From an uncultured Eubacteriales bacterium (GTDB lineage: Bacteria > Bacillota > Clostridia > Oscillospirales > CAG-272), in the NCBI GenBank assembly GCA_905201895.1, contig CAJKPX010000003.1:19840-83839 (forward strand): a stretch of DNA of 64,000 bases, read 5' to 3'. Below are positions 8,702-17,583 of this stretch, piece after piece. The notes under the pieces are model-generated. The model made no database searches and was not told the DNA's origin. It worked only from the letters and a program-made list of their open reading frames with translations. Numbering within the stretch: the stretch's first letter is position 1; every line of letters begins with the position of its first letter. Both the position numbers and the translations under genes were made by a program.

Positions 8702-9547
8702 TCAGTCGGTTTGACTGATAAAATCGGCAAGGAGTGCATCTTGAAGCTGACGGACGGTGTAGGATGCCTTTCCGCCAACGCTCTTGCCGTCGATCTCAAT
8801 CACGCGCATGCAGAGCGCGGACGCAGAGGTGATCAGGATTTCATCGGCATCATAGAGCTCGGAAAGCGTGTAGGGACGCTCCAAAACGGGGACTGAGAAT
8901 GCCTTGCAGGTTTCAATCAGATGTGCGCGTCCCGTTCCTGCGAGAATCAGCTCGTTGGCGGGATGCGTGATCAACGTGCCGTTCTTGAGGATTGAGAGAT
9001 TTGAATGGGCACATTCGGTCACAATGTCGCCGCGATGCAAAATGCATTCGTCCACACCTGCCTCAACGGTTGCCTGCGTGGCAATCACGTTGGGGATAAG
9101 ATTGAGCGTTTTGATGTTGCAATGATGGTGGCGCGTGTCCTCCATCGTGATGCAACGCATGGGCTGATAGGTGTCACGGATCTCGGCAGGCTTGAGCATG
9201 ACCCAAAGATTTGCGGGGACGTCCTCAAGAAATGCGTGGGAGCGCAGTCCAGTTCCGCGTGAGAGCTGAAAATAAACCCATTGATTGCCCGATTCCAGCT
9301 TTTTAACCAGATCGGCGAGAAGCGTGCAAAGCTCTGCCTTTGAAACGGTTGGCTTGATTCGGAGTCGCTCTGCACTCGCAAAAAAGCGATCCACGTGCTC
9401 CTCCAGCGCGTATATATGGTAATTTCGGCTGTATGTAACGTCGTAAATCCCATCGCCGAAATAGCAGGCGCGGTCGAGCATCGGAACCGACATTTTTTCC
9501 AGCTCATCGTATTTTCCGTTGTAATATCCAAGAGTTTTCATAAGCAT
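8702..9547 (-). CDS. dat: class IV aminotransferase, D-amino-acid (D-alanine) aminotransferase-like
   Basis: CYFGDGIYDV, NIKTLNLIPNV and ITHPANELILAGTGR resemble Bacillus Dat. The start overlaps the upstream stop (TGATG). Confidence 0.7.
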   Translation of the reverse strand: MLMKTLGYYNGKYDELEKMSVPMLDRACYFGDGIYDVTYSRNYHIYALEEHVDRFFASAERLRIKPTVSKAELCTLLADLVKKLESGNQWVYFQLSRGTGLRSHAFLEDVPANLWVMLKPAEIRDTYQPMRCITMEDTRHHHCNIKTLNLIPNVIATQATVEAGVDECILHRGDIVTECAHSNLSILKNGTLITHPANELILAGTGRAHLIETCKAFSVPVLERPYTLSELYDADEILITSASALCMRVIEIDGKSVGGKASYTVRQLQDALLADFISQTD

Positions 9548-11766
9548 CAGGCAGGATTCCTTTCGGGCAGAGTGGTGTTGGCGATCGTTTCGAGGAGTGC
9601 GATCTCATCGGCTGTATAGTGTCCGTTTGGATCGGCGAGTGCCGCAATAGCCACCTCTTTTGCGCTTCGGGCAATCGGAGCGGCTTGCGTTTTGGTTTGT
9701 GTTGTTCCGTCGGAATAGGAAAAGTGAAGCGTGAAATTCGCCGAATAGGCGGTGTCAAGGTGATCGGGCGAGAGCGTTGCGGTGTCCAGATCGAGGCGCA
9801 CCAATCCGTTCGGTTGTGTCAATGCGGAGGTCAGCGTGATCGGATTACTAACCGTATGCTCGGTGCCCCAAGTTGCCGTGATCTGCAGGCGGTTGCCGCT
9901 GCAAAGTGCCTCATACGATGCTCCGCTCATCAGCGTGGAAAAACGCAGGTGCGGTTGGCTTGAGAGTGAGAGGGCAGCCCCCGTGACCGGTCTCCAATCG
10001 AGAAAGACGGCGCGAAGGGTCAGATCATTCTCGAGCATCAGGTTTCCGCCCGAGGGCAGAAAGGAACCGTCTGATCCGAGCCAACCCGCAAAATCGGGGC
10101 TATCGGAAACGGGAAGGGTGAGTCGATCACCTGCAAGATGCGTTTCGCTCGTTGTGGTGTTGGCAACCTCATAGGTTACCGTAACCGACGGTGGCGGTGA
10201 GATCCTGACGTATATCACTGCGCAGAGCACGTAGGCGTTGTGTTTTCTTGTATTGTCCGAGCCATAGGCTGCTCTGCCGCGTATTACAAGTATATGCGAG
10301 GTGTTTTCCGAAAAGTTCGCAGGAATCGTTGTATCCAGCATCTTTCCGTCCGAAACCGTTTTCCATTCATCCTCATCCCAGCGGAATTCCAAAGCCTCTA
10401 TGCCATAGGAGTGGGTAAATACCGCCTCCAATTTGACCGATGCGGTAGGGTAGGTTTCATAATTGAGATAGATCGCACCGTTTGAGGCGCTCTTTCTGTC
10501 GGGGGCAGTCATTTCGCCCGAATAGGAGTATCGCGCGGATGCAACGGCGGTTGCGGAGCAGGTGCCTGCCGCAGGATCGGCGGCAATCTTGCTCGGCATA
10601 CCGTCGTAAACGGGAATCAAAAAGGTGCAGGCGGAGTCGAGAATTCCGGTGGAAGCGAAGGATTGATAAAGAATTTTGCCCTCGCTCATTGCGCCCGGGA
10701 TTGATGCCATGTATTGTTTCCAGAAATTGGACCCCGACCGTGCGTCAACGTTGAATTTTTGCAGGTAGATCGTGGGCTGATAAGCATCCACATAGTTGGT
10801 CTTGAGGAAATACGCACCGCCCTTGAGTGCCTTCCACCGCGTGTTCCATGCAGGCGAGCCGCCCCATTCGTCGGAGAGGGCAGGGGTTCCGTTTCTTGCA
10901 TAGGTCATGGCGTTGTGGTAGATTTCAAACACACCCTTGCCGCTTGCCTTGATGTTGTAGTAGTTATAAAGCCCGTTAAGTGCAAGAAGATCATTGCTCG
11001 TATAGCCGCTGCTCGGGGGCAGGACTGCTTTGCCTGAGTCGGTGTACTGCGTCTGATGAACATAGAACTCGTTGAGCTTCGATCCGCAGCTGCCCGATAT
11101 CACGGGGGAAGTACCCGACACTCCCTGCTCCTGGCGCACCTTTACTGCAAGGAAAACGGGATTGATGCCGAGCGAGCGTCCGATCTCACAGAAATAAGCG
11201 GCGTAGGTCATTCCGTTCTCCAAGCGTGCATTCTCCATGAAGGTGCCGCGGAGCACCGCCTCAACCGTTTCCGCCGAGGCGTCGGTTCCACGGGAGAGAT
11301 CAAAAAATTGGAAAATATCGGACTCGTTGAGGAAATTGCGCGGGTCCATGAAGTAGGCAACCGCCGCACGGGAGGGCTGATAGTAGCCTGTTTCGGGTTG
11401 ATTGCGGTTGGTTTCATGCCAATAGGCAGAATATGTATCGGATTTTGAGATCAGATTGAGATCCTCGGTCTCGGTCTCGCGGTCGAGGACGTACTGCCAC
11501 GTATAGCGAGTGTCCTGATCTGTGATGCAGAGCGGCTCAAAGCGCCAGGTGGGATGAAGCAGATGCAGCTCGGTGAGCGCGGTGGCGTAGTCCTTCGGAA
11601 AGCCTGCATCGAGGAGCGATTGATAATAGAGCGCTGCCTCGCCCGAGAAAAAGCAATCGTTCCCGCTGGGGGAGAGCATCATTTGCAGAATTAGGGTGGA
11701 TAGCAGAACCACGAGAAGCAGAACCGAAAGCCAGGCGCGGATACGTTCTTTTTTTGCGTTTTGCAT
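9547..11766 (-). CDS. secreted/anchored cell-wall hydrolase-like protein (glucosaminidase/GH73-like region plus beta-rich C-terminal domains)
   Basis: Signal anchor RAWLSVLLLVVLLSTLILQMM. The GINPVFLAVKVRQEQG segment is typical of LytD-type glucosaminidase domains. ATG 11766 was chosen because it follows GGAGGAGATAATC. The longer ORF-track start at 11946 lies inside the IS200 end. Confidence 0.65.
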   Translation of the reverse strand: MQNAKKERIRAWLSVLLLVVLLSTLILQMMLSPSGNDCFFSGEAALYYQSLLDAGFPKDYATALTELHLLHPTWRFEPLCITDQDTRYTWQYVLDRETETEDLNLISKSDTYSAYWHETNRNQPETGYYQPSRAAVAYFMDPRNFLNESDIFQFFDLSRGTDASAETVEAVLRGTFMENARLENGMTYAAYFCEIGRSLGINPVFLAVKVRQEQGVSGTSPVISGSCGSKLNEFYVHQTQYTDSGKAVLPPSSGYTSNDLLALNGLYNYYNIKASGKGVFEIYHNAMTYARNGTPALSDEWGGSPAWNTRWKALKGGAYFLKTNYVDAYQPTIYLQKFNVDARSGSNFWKQYMASIPGAMSEGKILYQSFASTGILDSACTFLIPVYDGMPSKIAADPAAGTCSATAVASARYSYSGEMTAPDRKSASNGAIYLNYETYPTASVKLEAVFTHSYGIEALEFRWDEDEWKTVSDGKMLDTTIPANFSENTSHILVIRGRAAYGSDNTRKHNAYVLCAVIYVRISPPPSVTVTYEVANTTTSETHLAGDRLTLPVSDSPDFAGWLGSDGSFLPSGGNLMLENDLTLRAVFLDWRPVTGAALSLSSQPHLRFSTLMSGASYEALCSGNRLQITATWGTEHTVSNPITLTSALTQPNGLVRLDLDTATLSPDHLDTAYSANFTLHFSYSDGTTQTKTQAAPIARSAKEVAIAALADPNGHYTADEIALLETIANTTLPERNPA

Positions 11767-11808
11767 GATTATCTCCTCCTTTTTTATGATTTGGAAATCT
11801 CCACCTCT

Positions 11809-11817
11809 ATTATAACA
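11809..11817 (-). promoter_or_regulatory. extended -10 promoter (TGTTATAAT)
   Basis: The reverse complement of 11809-11817 is TGTTATAAT, about 40 nt upstream of ATG 11766. Confidence 0.5.
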
Positions 11818-12047
11818 TATTTTTTTGCATTTTGCGATAGATTCCATAAAAAAATAAATATTTTTTTGCGAATTTTTCCGGGTACAGATATTTGTTTTGC
11901 AGACGTGAATCAAGTCATAACCACCGGCCGTGCCGGTGGCTTGCACCAGCCCCCGTGGGGCATGTCAATAGGCCGAGCCTTAAGGCTCGCCGAAAAAAGT
12001 CTGCCAACCGCACGACTTTTACAGGCATGCCCCTAAAGGGGCTCTAT

Positions 12048-12524
12048 TTATTTGCCCCCTTTTACCGGCTCACCCGTAAACGGGTCAACAAACTCTTTTA
12101 TGCTCAATTGATCATCTTCATAATCTTGCTGCAATTGATTCCGTATGTACTGCTCAATTGCCTTTTTATTGCGTCCTACTGTGTCTACATAATATCCTCT
12201 ACACCAGAAATGCCGATTCCCATACTTGTATTTCAAATTGGCATACTTCTCAAATATCATTAAACTACTTTTTCCTTTGAGATATCCCATAATTTGAGAT
12301 ACACTATATTTGGGTGGTATTGATACCAGCATATGGATATGATCTTTACATGCTTCTGCTTCTATGATTTCTATCCCTTTATACTCGCAAAGCTTTCTCA
12401 ACATCATCCCTATGTCCGTTTTTATCTTTCCGTACATAATTTGTCGGCGATATTTTGGCGCAAATACAATATGGTACTTGCAATTCCATTGCGTATGTGC
12501 TAAACTATCTGTATCAAGTTTCAC
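12048..12524 (-). CDS. tnpA: IS200/IS605 family Y1 (HUH) transposase TnpA
   Basis: WNCKYHIVFAPKYRR, the HUH motif DHIHMLVSIPPKYS and the catalytic Tyr region RGYYVDTVG. GTG start 8 nt after AAAGGAGG. Confidence 0.93.
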   Translation of the reverse strand: MKLDTDSLAHTQWNCKYHIVFAPKYRRQIMYGKIKTDIGMMLRKLCEYKGIEIIEAEACKDHIHMLVSIPPKYSVSQIMGYLKGKSSLMIFEKYANLKYKYGNRHFWCRGYYVDTVGRNKKAIEQYIRNQLQQDYEDDQLSIKEFVDPFTGEPVKGGK

Positions 12525-12532
12525 GACTTGAT

Positions 12533-12592
12533 CCTCCTTTGATGTTTTTATTGTTTGGTTGGCAGACCGACTTTATTATACATCAAAGGAGG
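12533..12592 (-). promoter_or_regulatory. stem-loop sequestering the tnpA Shine-Dalgarno sequence
   Basis: CCTCCTTTGATG (mRNA strand, from 12592-12581) is perfectly complementary to CATCAAAGGAGG (12544-12533), which contains the SD. Confidence 0.7.
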
Positions 12593-12654
12593 TGCTTTTT
12601 CTACTCATAGCTAAAGCTTTTTGGAACCACCAGCACTGCTGGTGGTTTTCGTTA

Positions 12655-12691
12655 TACAAAAATACCGCCGCACGAAATTCGTACGGCGGTA
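12655..12691 (-). terminator. rho-independent terminator of clpC
   Basis: On the minus strand, ACCGCCGTACG-AATTT-CGTGCGGCGGT is followed by ATTTTTTG. It lies 11 nt after the clpC stop. Confidence 0.8.
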
Positions 12692-12701
12692 AGTGATTTT
12701 A

Positions 12702-15167
12702 TCAACTCTTTTTCGTAAATTCAATGTGTCCGTTCTCGGCTTTTGCAAGAATTGCATCACCTGCCGAAATGTGACCCTCAAGCAGCTCGGTCGAGAGCGC
12801 ATCCTCCACCATGCGGACCACGGCACGGCGGAGCGGACGCGCACCGTAGGTCGGGTCGAAGCCCTCGCGCGCAAGCAGACTTGCCACAGAGGGATCAAAT
12901 TCGATCTCGATCGAAAGCGCACGCACGCGCTTGACGACCTCGGCAAGCATGAGGTGTACGATTTCTTCAATATCACTCTGTCCGAGCGAATTGAAAATGA
13001 TGATATCGTCCACGCGGTTGAGAAATTCGGGACGGAATGTGCTCTTGAGTGCCTGCATCATCCTTGATTGCATTGCTTCACGGTCGTTTGCAACGGGTGT
13101 GGTGCTAAATCCCAGCGAGGCGGTTGCCTTCATTTCGCCCGCACCTACGTTGGAGGTGAGAATAATCACTGTGTTGCGAAAATCCACGTGCCGTCCCTGG
13201 GAGTCGGTCAGAACACCGTCCTCAAGAACCTGCAAGAGAATGTTGAACACGTCGGGATGTGCCTTTTCGATCTCGTCAAAGAGCACCACCGAATAGGGCT
13301 TGCGGCGAATTCGCTCGGTGAGCTGACCGCCTTCCTCGAATCCAACGTAGCCGGGAGGGGAACCGATCAGCTTGGAAACGCTGTGCTTTTCCATATATTC
13401 CGACATATCCAATCGGATCATAGCCGAGCGGTCGCCGAACATCACCTCGGCAAGTGCCTTGGCAAGCTCGGTCTTTCCGATACCCGTGAGACCCATAAAG
13501 ATGAAGGAGCCGATGGGGCGACTCGGGTCCTTGAGTCCCATTCTGCCGCGACGGATCGCACGAGCAACCGCGTCGATCGCATCATTCTGACCGATCACGC
13601 GCTCCTTGAGCAGAGCATCAAGCTTCAAAAGCTTTTCGCTCTCCTCCTCAAGCAGACGACTCACGGGGATGCCCGTCCATTGGGTCACAACGTCGGCAAC
13701 GTCAGCCTCGGTCACTGTGAGTGCGGTGTCCTTTTGCACGCGCTCCCATTCCGCCTTCTTCGCATCGAACTCCTCGCGTGCCTTTTTCTCCTCGTCGCGG
13801 AGTCTTGCAGCACGCTCAAAATTTTGCTCGGAGATCGCCTCCTCCTTTTCGCGTGCCAGCTCACCGATTCTTGCCTCGAGGTCCTTGAGGTCAGGGGGAG
13901 AGGTATGTGCGCTGATCCGCAGACGTGATGCCGCCTCGTCGATCAGATCAATTGCCTTATCGGGGAGAAAACGGTCGGGAATATAACGGATCGAAAGATC
14001 AACCGCAGCCTCAAGCGCCGATTGATCAATTTTGAGCTTGTGATGTGCCTCGTATTTTTCGCAGAGACCGCAAAGAATTCTGATCGCATCATCACGGCTC
14101 GGCTCACCGACCGTCACCGATTGGAAGCGGCGTTCAAGGGCTGCGTCCTTTTCGATATGCTTGCGATATTCCGAGATTGTAGTGGCGCCGATCACCTGCA
14201 TCTCGCCGCGTGCCAGGGCAGGCTTGATAATATTTGCGGCATCCACGGCACCCTCTGCGGCACCTGCTCCGATGATGGTGTGGATCTCGTCGATAAAGAG
14301 GATGATATTTGGTTTTTTTCGAACCTCCTCCATCACGTTTTTGAAGCGCTCCTCAAACTCTCCTCGGTATTTTGCACCTGCGATCATCGAGGCAATGTCG
14401 AGCGTGACGATGATCCGATCGCGCAGCCCTTCGGGCACGTTGCCCGAAACGATCCGTTGGGCGAGTCCCTCAACCACCGCCGTTTTACCGACACCGGGCT
14501 CGCCGATAAGGCAGGGATTGTTTTTGGTTCGTCTGGAAAGAATCTGAATCACGCGCTCGGTCTCGGCATTTCTGCCGATGATCGGATCAAGCTTACCTGC
14601 CTTTGCCTGCTCGGTCAGATCGCGACCGAAGTTCTTGAGCGTGGTAGCACTCGCAAGTCCGCTGCCGCCACTCTCACCGCTCTTGCGATCGGCAGAGCTG
14701 CGGCTTGGAGCAGGGTCGTTTTGCGAGCTTGCCGTGCTTTCAAGATATCTTGTCAGATCGTCGCGCAGCTCTCCAACCGAAACATCAAATGCCTCAAGCA
14801 GTTGCACGGCAACCGAATCGCGCTCCCCGAGAAGCGCAAGCAGAAGATGCTCGGTGCCGATATAGCTCTGGCGGTACTGTTGTGCTTCACGGAGCGACGA
14901 TTCAATGATGCTTCTGGTGCGTGGCGTCATGTCGGAAGGAGACACCGAGGAGGGAGAGCCCACTCCCTGGTTCTTTGCCACGGCTGCCTTGATTTTTTCA
15001 AAATCGGCTCCGCGCTCCTTCAAATAATGTGCAGCGAAGCCTGCGTCCTCGGCGAGAAGTGCCAGAAGCAGATGTTCAGAGCCGATATACGTGTGACCCA
15101 TCTCGGAGGCAATGCGAAGCGAGAGATTGAGTACGTTTTGCGCTTTTTGGGTAAAGCGATTGGACAT
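12702..15167 (-). CDS. clpC: ATP-dependent Clp protease ATP-binding subunit ClpC
   Basis: Clp_N repeats ([15 protein letters not shown] and [14 protein letters not shown]). Walker A motifs GEPGVGKTA and GLTGIGKTE; Walker B motifs [10 protein letters not shown] and [11 protein letters not shown]. Last gene of the ctsR operon. Confidence 0.95.
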   Translation of the reverse strand: MSNRFTQKAQNVLNLSLRIASEMGHTYIGSEHLLLALLAEDAGFAAHYLKERGADFEKIKAAVAKNQGVGSPSSVSPSDMTPRTRSIIESSLREAQQYRQSYIGTEHLLLALLGERDSVAVQLLEAFDVSVGELRDDLTRYLESTASSQNDPAPSRSSADRKSGESGGSGLASATTLKNFGRDLTEQAKAGKLDPIIGRNAETERVIQILSRRTKNNPCLIGEPGVGKTAVVEGLAQRIVSGNVPEGLRDRIIVTLDIASMIAGAKYRGEFEERFKNVMEEVRKKPNIILFIDEIHTIIGAGAAEGAVDAANIIKPALARGEMQVIGATTISEYRKHIEKDAALERRFQSVTVGEPSRDDAIRILCGLCEKYEAHHKLKIDQSALEAAVDLSIRYIPDRFLPDKAIDLIDEAASRLRISAHTSPPDLKDLEARIGELAREKEEAISEQNFERAARLRDEEKKAREEFDAKKAEWERVQKDTALTVTEADVADVVTQWTGIPVSRLLEEESEKLLKLDALLKERVIGQNDAIDAVARAIRRGRMGLKDPSRPIGSFIFMGLTGIGKTELAKALAEVMFGDRSAMIRLDMSEYMEKHSVSKLIGSPPGYVGFEEGGQLTERIRRKPYSVVLFDEIEKAHPDVFNILLQVLEDGVLTDSQGRHVDFRNTVIILTSNVGAGEMKATASLGFSTTPVANDREAMQSRMMQALKSTFRPEFLNRVDDIIIFNSLGQSDIEEIVHLMLAEVVKRVRALSIEIEFDPSVASLLAREGFDPTYGARPLRRAVVRMVEDALSTELLEGHISAGDAILAKAENGHIEFTKKS

Positions 15168-15209
15168 GGTCGTTCATCTTCCTTTCTGTGGGGGATTGGG
15201 GGGAGGGAC

Positions 15210-16232
15210 TTATTTTCCCTCAAATACAGCCCTGACCGTTTGTGCACGGAGCTTATCGCGTGCCGCCTCGGTTTTGGGCGGTGTATCGACCGAAAGTGTC
15301 AGCGTTGCAGGCATTGCATCAACCAAAAGTCTGCCGAGCTGCTCGTAGCCGATCCCCTCAACGATGCCAAGTGCAATTCCGAGGCGAACGTCAGCAAACA
15401 GCTTGATAAATTCTGCGGTGGAGAGCATGTGTGCATAGCGAAGCGTGCCCTCTGCGCGTTTGATGCGGTCGGTCAGACGGTCAAGCGCATCGCCCGTGAC
15501 AGATTGGCGTGCACGGAGCTCACTCTCATTGATCTGTCGGATTGCCTCGGATAGCTTGCGAAGTGTTTCCTCCTCGCTGATGCCAAGTGTAATCTGATTG
15601 GAAATCTGATACATACAGCCTGCCGAACCGCTGCCCTCGCCAAAAATTCCGCGAACGGTCAGCCCGATTTTAGAAAGTTGAGATGCAAGCGATTCCATAT
15701 ATCCACCGCGTGTCAAAGCGGGCAGAAACATCATTACCGAGGCACGCATACCAGTGCCAAGATTGGTGGGGCAGTGTGTCAGATAGCCAAGCTCCTCACT
15801 GTACGCAAAATCAAAATCCTCGTCAAGTCGCTTTTCGGCACGGAGCGCGTTGCGATAGGCATCCTCGAGCGAGAGACCTGCCAGAATACATTGAATGCGC
15901 AGATGATCCTCCTCGCAAACCATCACGGCAAGACCCGAGTTTTCCTGCAAAAAGAGTGCATGGGGCACCCCTTTGCTTGCAAATTCAGGGCTGACGTAGT
16001 GTTTTTCCACGTAGGAGGTTGCCATGATGGGGGAGAGGTCGGCAAAATTGATTTTTTTGAAGCCCGAGGACTCCAGAGGTGCAGAAATTTTTTCAATGAT
16101 TTCGTTTGCACCGTCGATGTCGAGGCGGGATGCAAAGGGATAGCCGCAGATATTTCTTGCCAAACGCACGCGCGAGCTGATCACGGTTTCCATTGCGTTG
16201 CCCTTCGTATGATACCAAGCCATCTCATTCAC
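15210..16232 (-). CDS. mcsB: protein arginine kinase McsB (ATP:guanido phosphotransferase)
   Basis: SSRVRLARNICGYPF and HCPTNLGTGMRASVM. Overlaps the mcsA stop by 8 nt. Confidence 0.92.
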   Translation of the reverse strand: MNEMAWYHTKGNAMETVISSRVRLARNICGYPFASRLDIDGANEIIEKISAPLESSGFKKINFADLSPIMATSYVEKHYVSPEFASKGVPHALFLQENSGLAVMVCEEDHLRIQCILAGLSLEDAYRNALRAEKRLDEDFDFAYSEELGYLTHCPTNLGTGMRASVMMFLPALTRGGYMESLASQLSKIGLTVRGIFGEGSGSAGCMYQISNQITLGISEEETLRKLSEAIRQINESELRARQSVTGDALDRLTDRIKRAEGTLRYAHMLSTAEFIKLFADVRLGIALGIVEGIGYEQLGRLLVDAMPATLTLSVDTPPKTEAARDKLRAQTVRAVFEGK

Positions 16233-16767
16233 CGTCCTTTCCCGATTGCTCGTTCAGAGCGCGGATTTCGTCACGGAGCTTAGCCGCGCCTTCGTAGTCT
16301 TCCTTTTCGATTGCGGTTTGCAGATCACGGCGCAGCTTTTTGAGCTGCTCGTCACGTGCCTGCTTTGCTCGATGACGTGCGGGAGCCTGTCCCGTGTGTG
16401 TGGTGGTGCCGTGCACCGACCCGATCAGGCGTGCAAGCTCTGCGCGGAAGGTAGCGTAACAATCGGGGCAGCCAACCTTGCCGCTCTTGGCGATCTCGGA
16501 GTAGACAGACCCACAGGTGGGGCATTTCTTTTCCTCTGCCACTGCTTTAACCGAAGGAATTCCAAAAAGACCACCGAAGATGTTGTCGTGCAGATTGCTG
16601 AAGGGGTCGGCAAAGCTATCGAGCATCGAGGTCACGTCCTGCAGGTCGCCTTTTTCACGTAGCTTTGCGGCACATTCTCCGCAAAGCGAATAGGAGCGCG
16701 CACGGCCATTGATGTTTTCATTGTAAAAGACTGTTGCAGTCCTTTTTTTGCAGCTTTCACATAACAT
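16225..16767 (-). CDS. mcsA: McsA, activator of protein arginine kinase (zinc fingers plus UVR motif)
   Basis: CESC..CGEC and CPTC..CPDC pairs, with C-terminal EDYEGAAKLRDEIRAL (UVR). Confidence 0.9.
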   Translation of the reverse strand: MLCESCKKRTATVFYNENINGRARSYSLCGECAAKLREKGDLQDVTSMLDSFADPFSNLHDNIFGGLFGIPSVKAVAEEKKCPTCGSVYSEIAKSGKVGCPDCYATFRAELARLIGSVHGTTTHTGQAPARHRAKQARDEQLKKLRRDLQTAIEKEDYEGAAKLRDEIRALNEQSGKDGE

Positions 16768-16883
16768 AAAAGATCAATCCTTTCTCAAGCCGTTTCAAAA
16801 CGGCATTCAATTTGTTTCATTATAGCGCATTTTGCATGCGAAGCTTGTCGCAATTTCTGTAAAACAGGAAAAAAATGGAAAAA

Positions 16884-17339
16884 TTATCGGTTTGTCATCA
16901 AGGCAAGGATTATTTGCTTGAAAATATCGGCGCGGACCCTACCTCGTACGCTCGGCGGAATTGATGTCAGAGCGGCAGAGGAGAGTGCAGCAAGTGCCAG
17001 ACGGAACTCGCCCTCGTCGATGCAACGGTTGCCGAGCAGGTTCTTCAGATATGCAATTGCCTCGCTCTCGTCGATGCTGTCTCCGATCGCGCAGAAAAAG
17101 TGCATCAGATATTCATTCTGTCCCATTTGCTTGCGAACGATGCGAATGCAGCCCCCGCCACCTCTGCGTGATTCGGTTACGTAGCCGCGCTCGGGGGTGA
17201 AGCGGGAGGAGATCACGTAGCTGATCTGACTTGGCACACAGCCGAGTCGGTTTGCCATTTCGTTTCGCTGCAACTCGAGAATTCCGTTACTCTCGTTGAG
17301 CATTTCCTCGATCATTTGTGCAATATAATCTGTAAGCAT
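16884..17339 (-). CDS. ctsR: class III stress gene repressor CtsR
   Basis: ISYVISSRFTPERGYVTESRRGGGGCIRIV signature. ATG 17339 lies 9 nt after GAAAGGA. The longer ORF-track start would lie upstream of the promoter. Confidence 0.92.
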   Translation of the reverse strand: MLTDYIAQMIEEMLNESNGILELQRNEMANRLGCVPSQISYVISSRFTPERGYVTESRRGGGGCIRIVRKQMGQNEYLMHFFCAIGDSIDESEAIAYLKNLLGNRCIDEGEFRLALAALSSAALTSIPPSVRGRVRADIFKQIILALMTNR

Positions 17340-17365
17340 TGGAAAAGATCCTTTCTGCGTTTGCT

Positions 17366-17382
17366 TTTGACTTTCTTTGACC
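17366..17382 (-). promoter_or_regulatory. CtsR operator (GGTCAAAGAAAGTCAAA) just downstream of the -10
   Basis: The reverse complement matches the consensus (A/G)GTCAAA-NAN-(A/G)GTCAAA exactly. Confidence 0.85.
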
Positions 17383-17391
17383 TTCGAGTAT

Positions 17392-17420
17392 ATTATAAGC
17401 CGAAAGTCAAACAAAGTCAA
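17392..17420 (-). promoter_or_regulatory. ctsR operon promoter TTGACT-17-TATAAT
   Basis: On the minus strand TATAAT is at 17397-17392 and TTGACT at 17420-17415, with a 17-nt spacer. Confidence 0.75.
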
Positions 17421-17437
17421 AGTCAAACAAAGTCAAA
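17405..17437 (+). promoter_or_regulatory. two tandem CtsR operators in the opposite orientation, overlapping the -35
   Basis: AGTCAAACAAAGTCAAA at 17405-17421 and again at 17421-17437, sharing one A. A lone heptad AGTCAAA lies at 17515-17521. Confidence 0.8.
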
Positions 17438-17583
17438 AACAGGCGATGAAAGACGGTGAGAGACGATAAAATGAATTTAGCACCGCTTTTTCTCTTTTTT
17501 TCGTTGTTTTGAAAAGTCAAAGACAAGGGGCGAATAAAAGTCGCAGGACGACTACGGGAGGGAATATTTCGCTTTTCCTGGGT

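Larger units (their letters stand above)
11915..12650 (-). mobile_element. IS200-group (IS200/IS605 family) insertion sequence, apparently intact; ends approximate
   Basis: Single Y1 transposase gene. Subterminal hairpins at 11919-11940 and 12625-12647. About 30-38% GC in hand-counted lines, against roughly 50-60% for the flanks. Confidence 0.8.

Noticed and set aside
11767-11946. N-terminal extension of the cell-wall hydrolase ORF
   Set aside because: It would start inside the IS200 right end and upstream of the gene's own -10 box. ATG 11766 has a GGAGGAG RBS and begins the signal anchor.
14022-15554. 510-aa plus-strand ORF opposite clpC/mcsB
   Set aside because: It is antisense to two unambiguous genes and even spans their intergenic gap. 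It has low-complexity composition and no start signals.
16789-16824. Hairpin GCCGTTT-CA-AAACGGC and a TATAAT box in the unusually long 116-nt ctsR-mcsA spacer. Possible attenuator or internal promoter.
   Set aside because: The hairpin has a 2-nt loop and no U-tract. The TATAAT has neither a TG extension nor a -35 at 16-18 nt. The evidence is insufficient.
17404-17437. Short-period repeats considered as a possible CRISPR or other array
   Set aside because: The 7-nt units with 3-nt spacers match the CtsR operator consensus exactly. There are no spacers of CRISPR size anywhere in the window.
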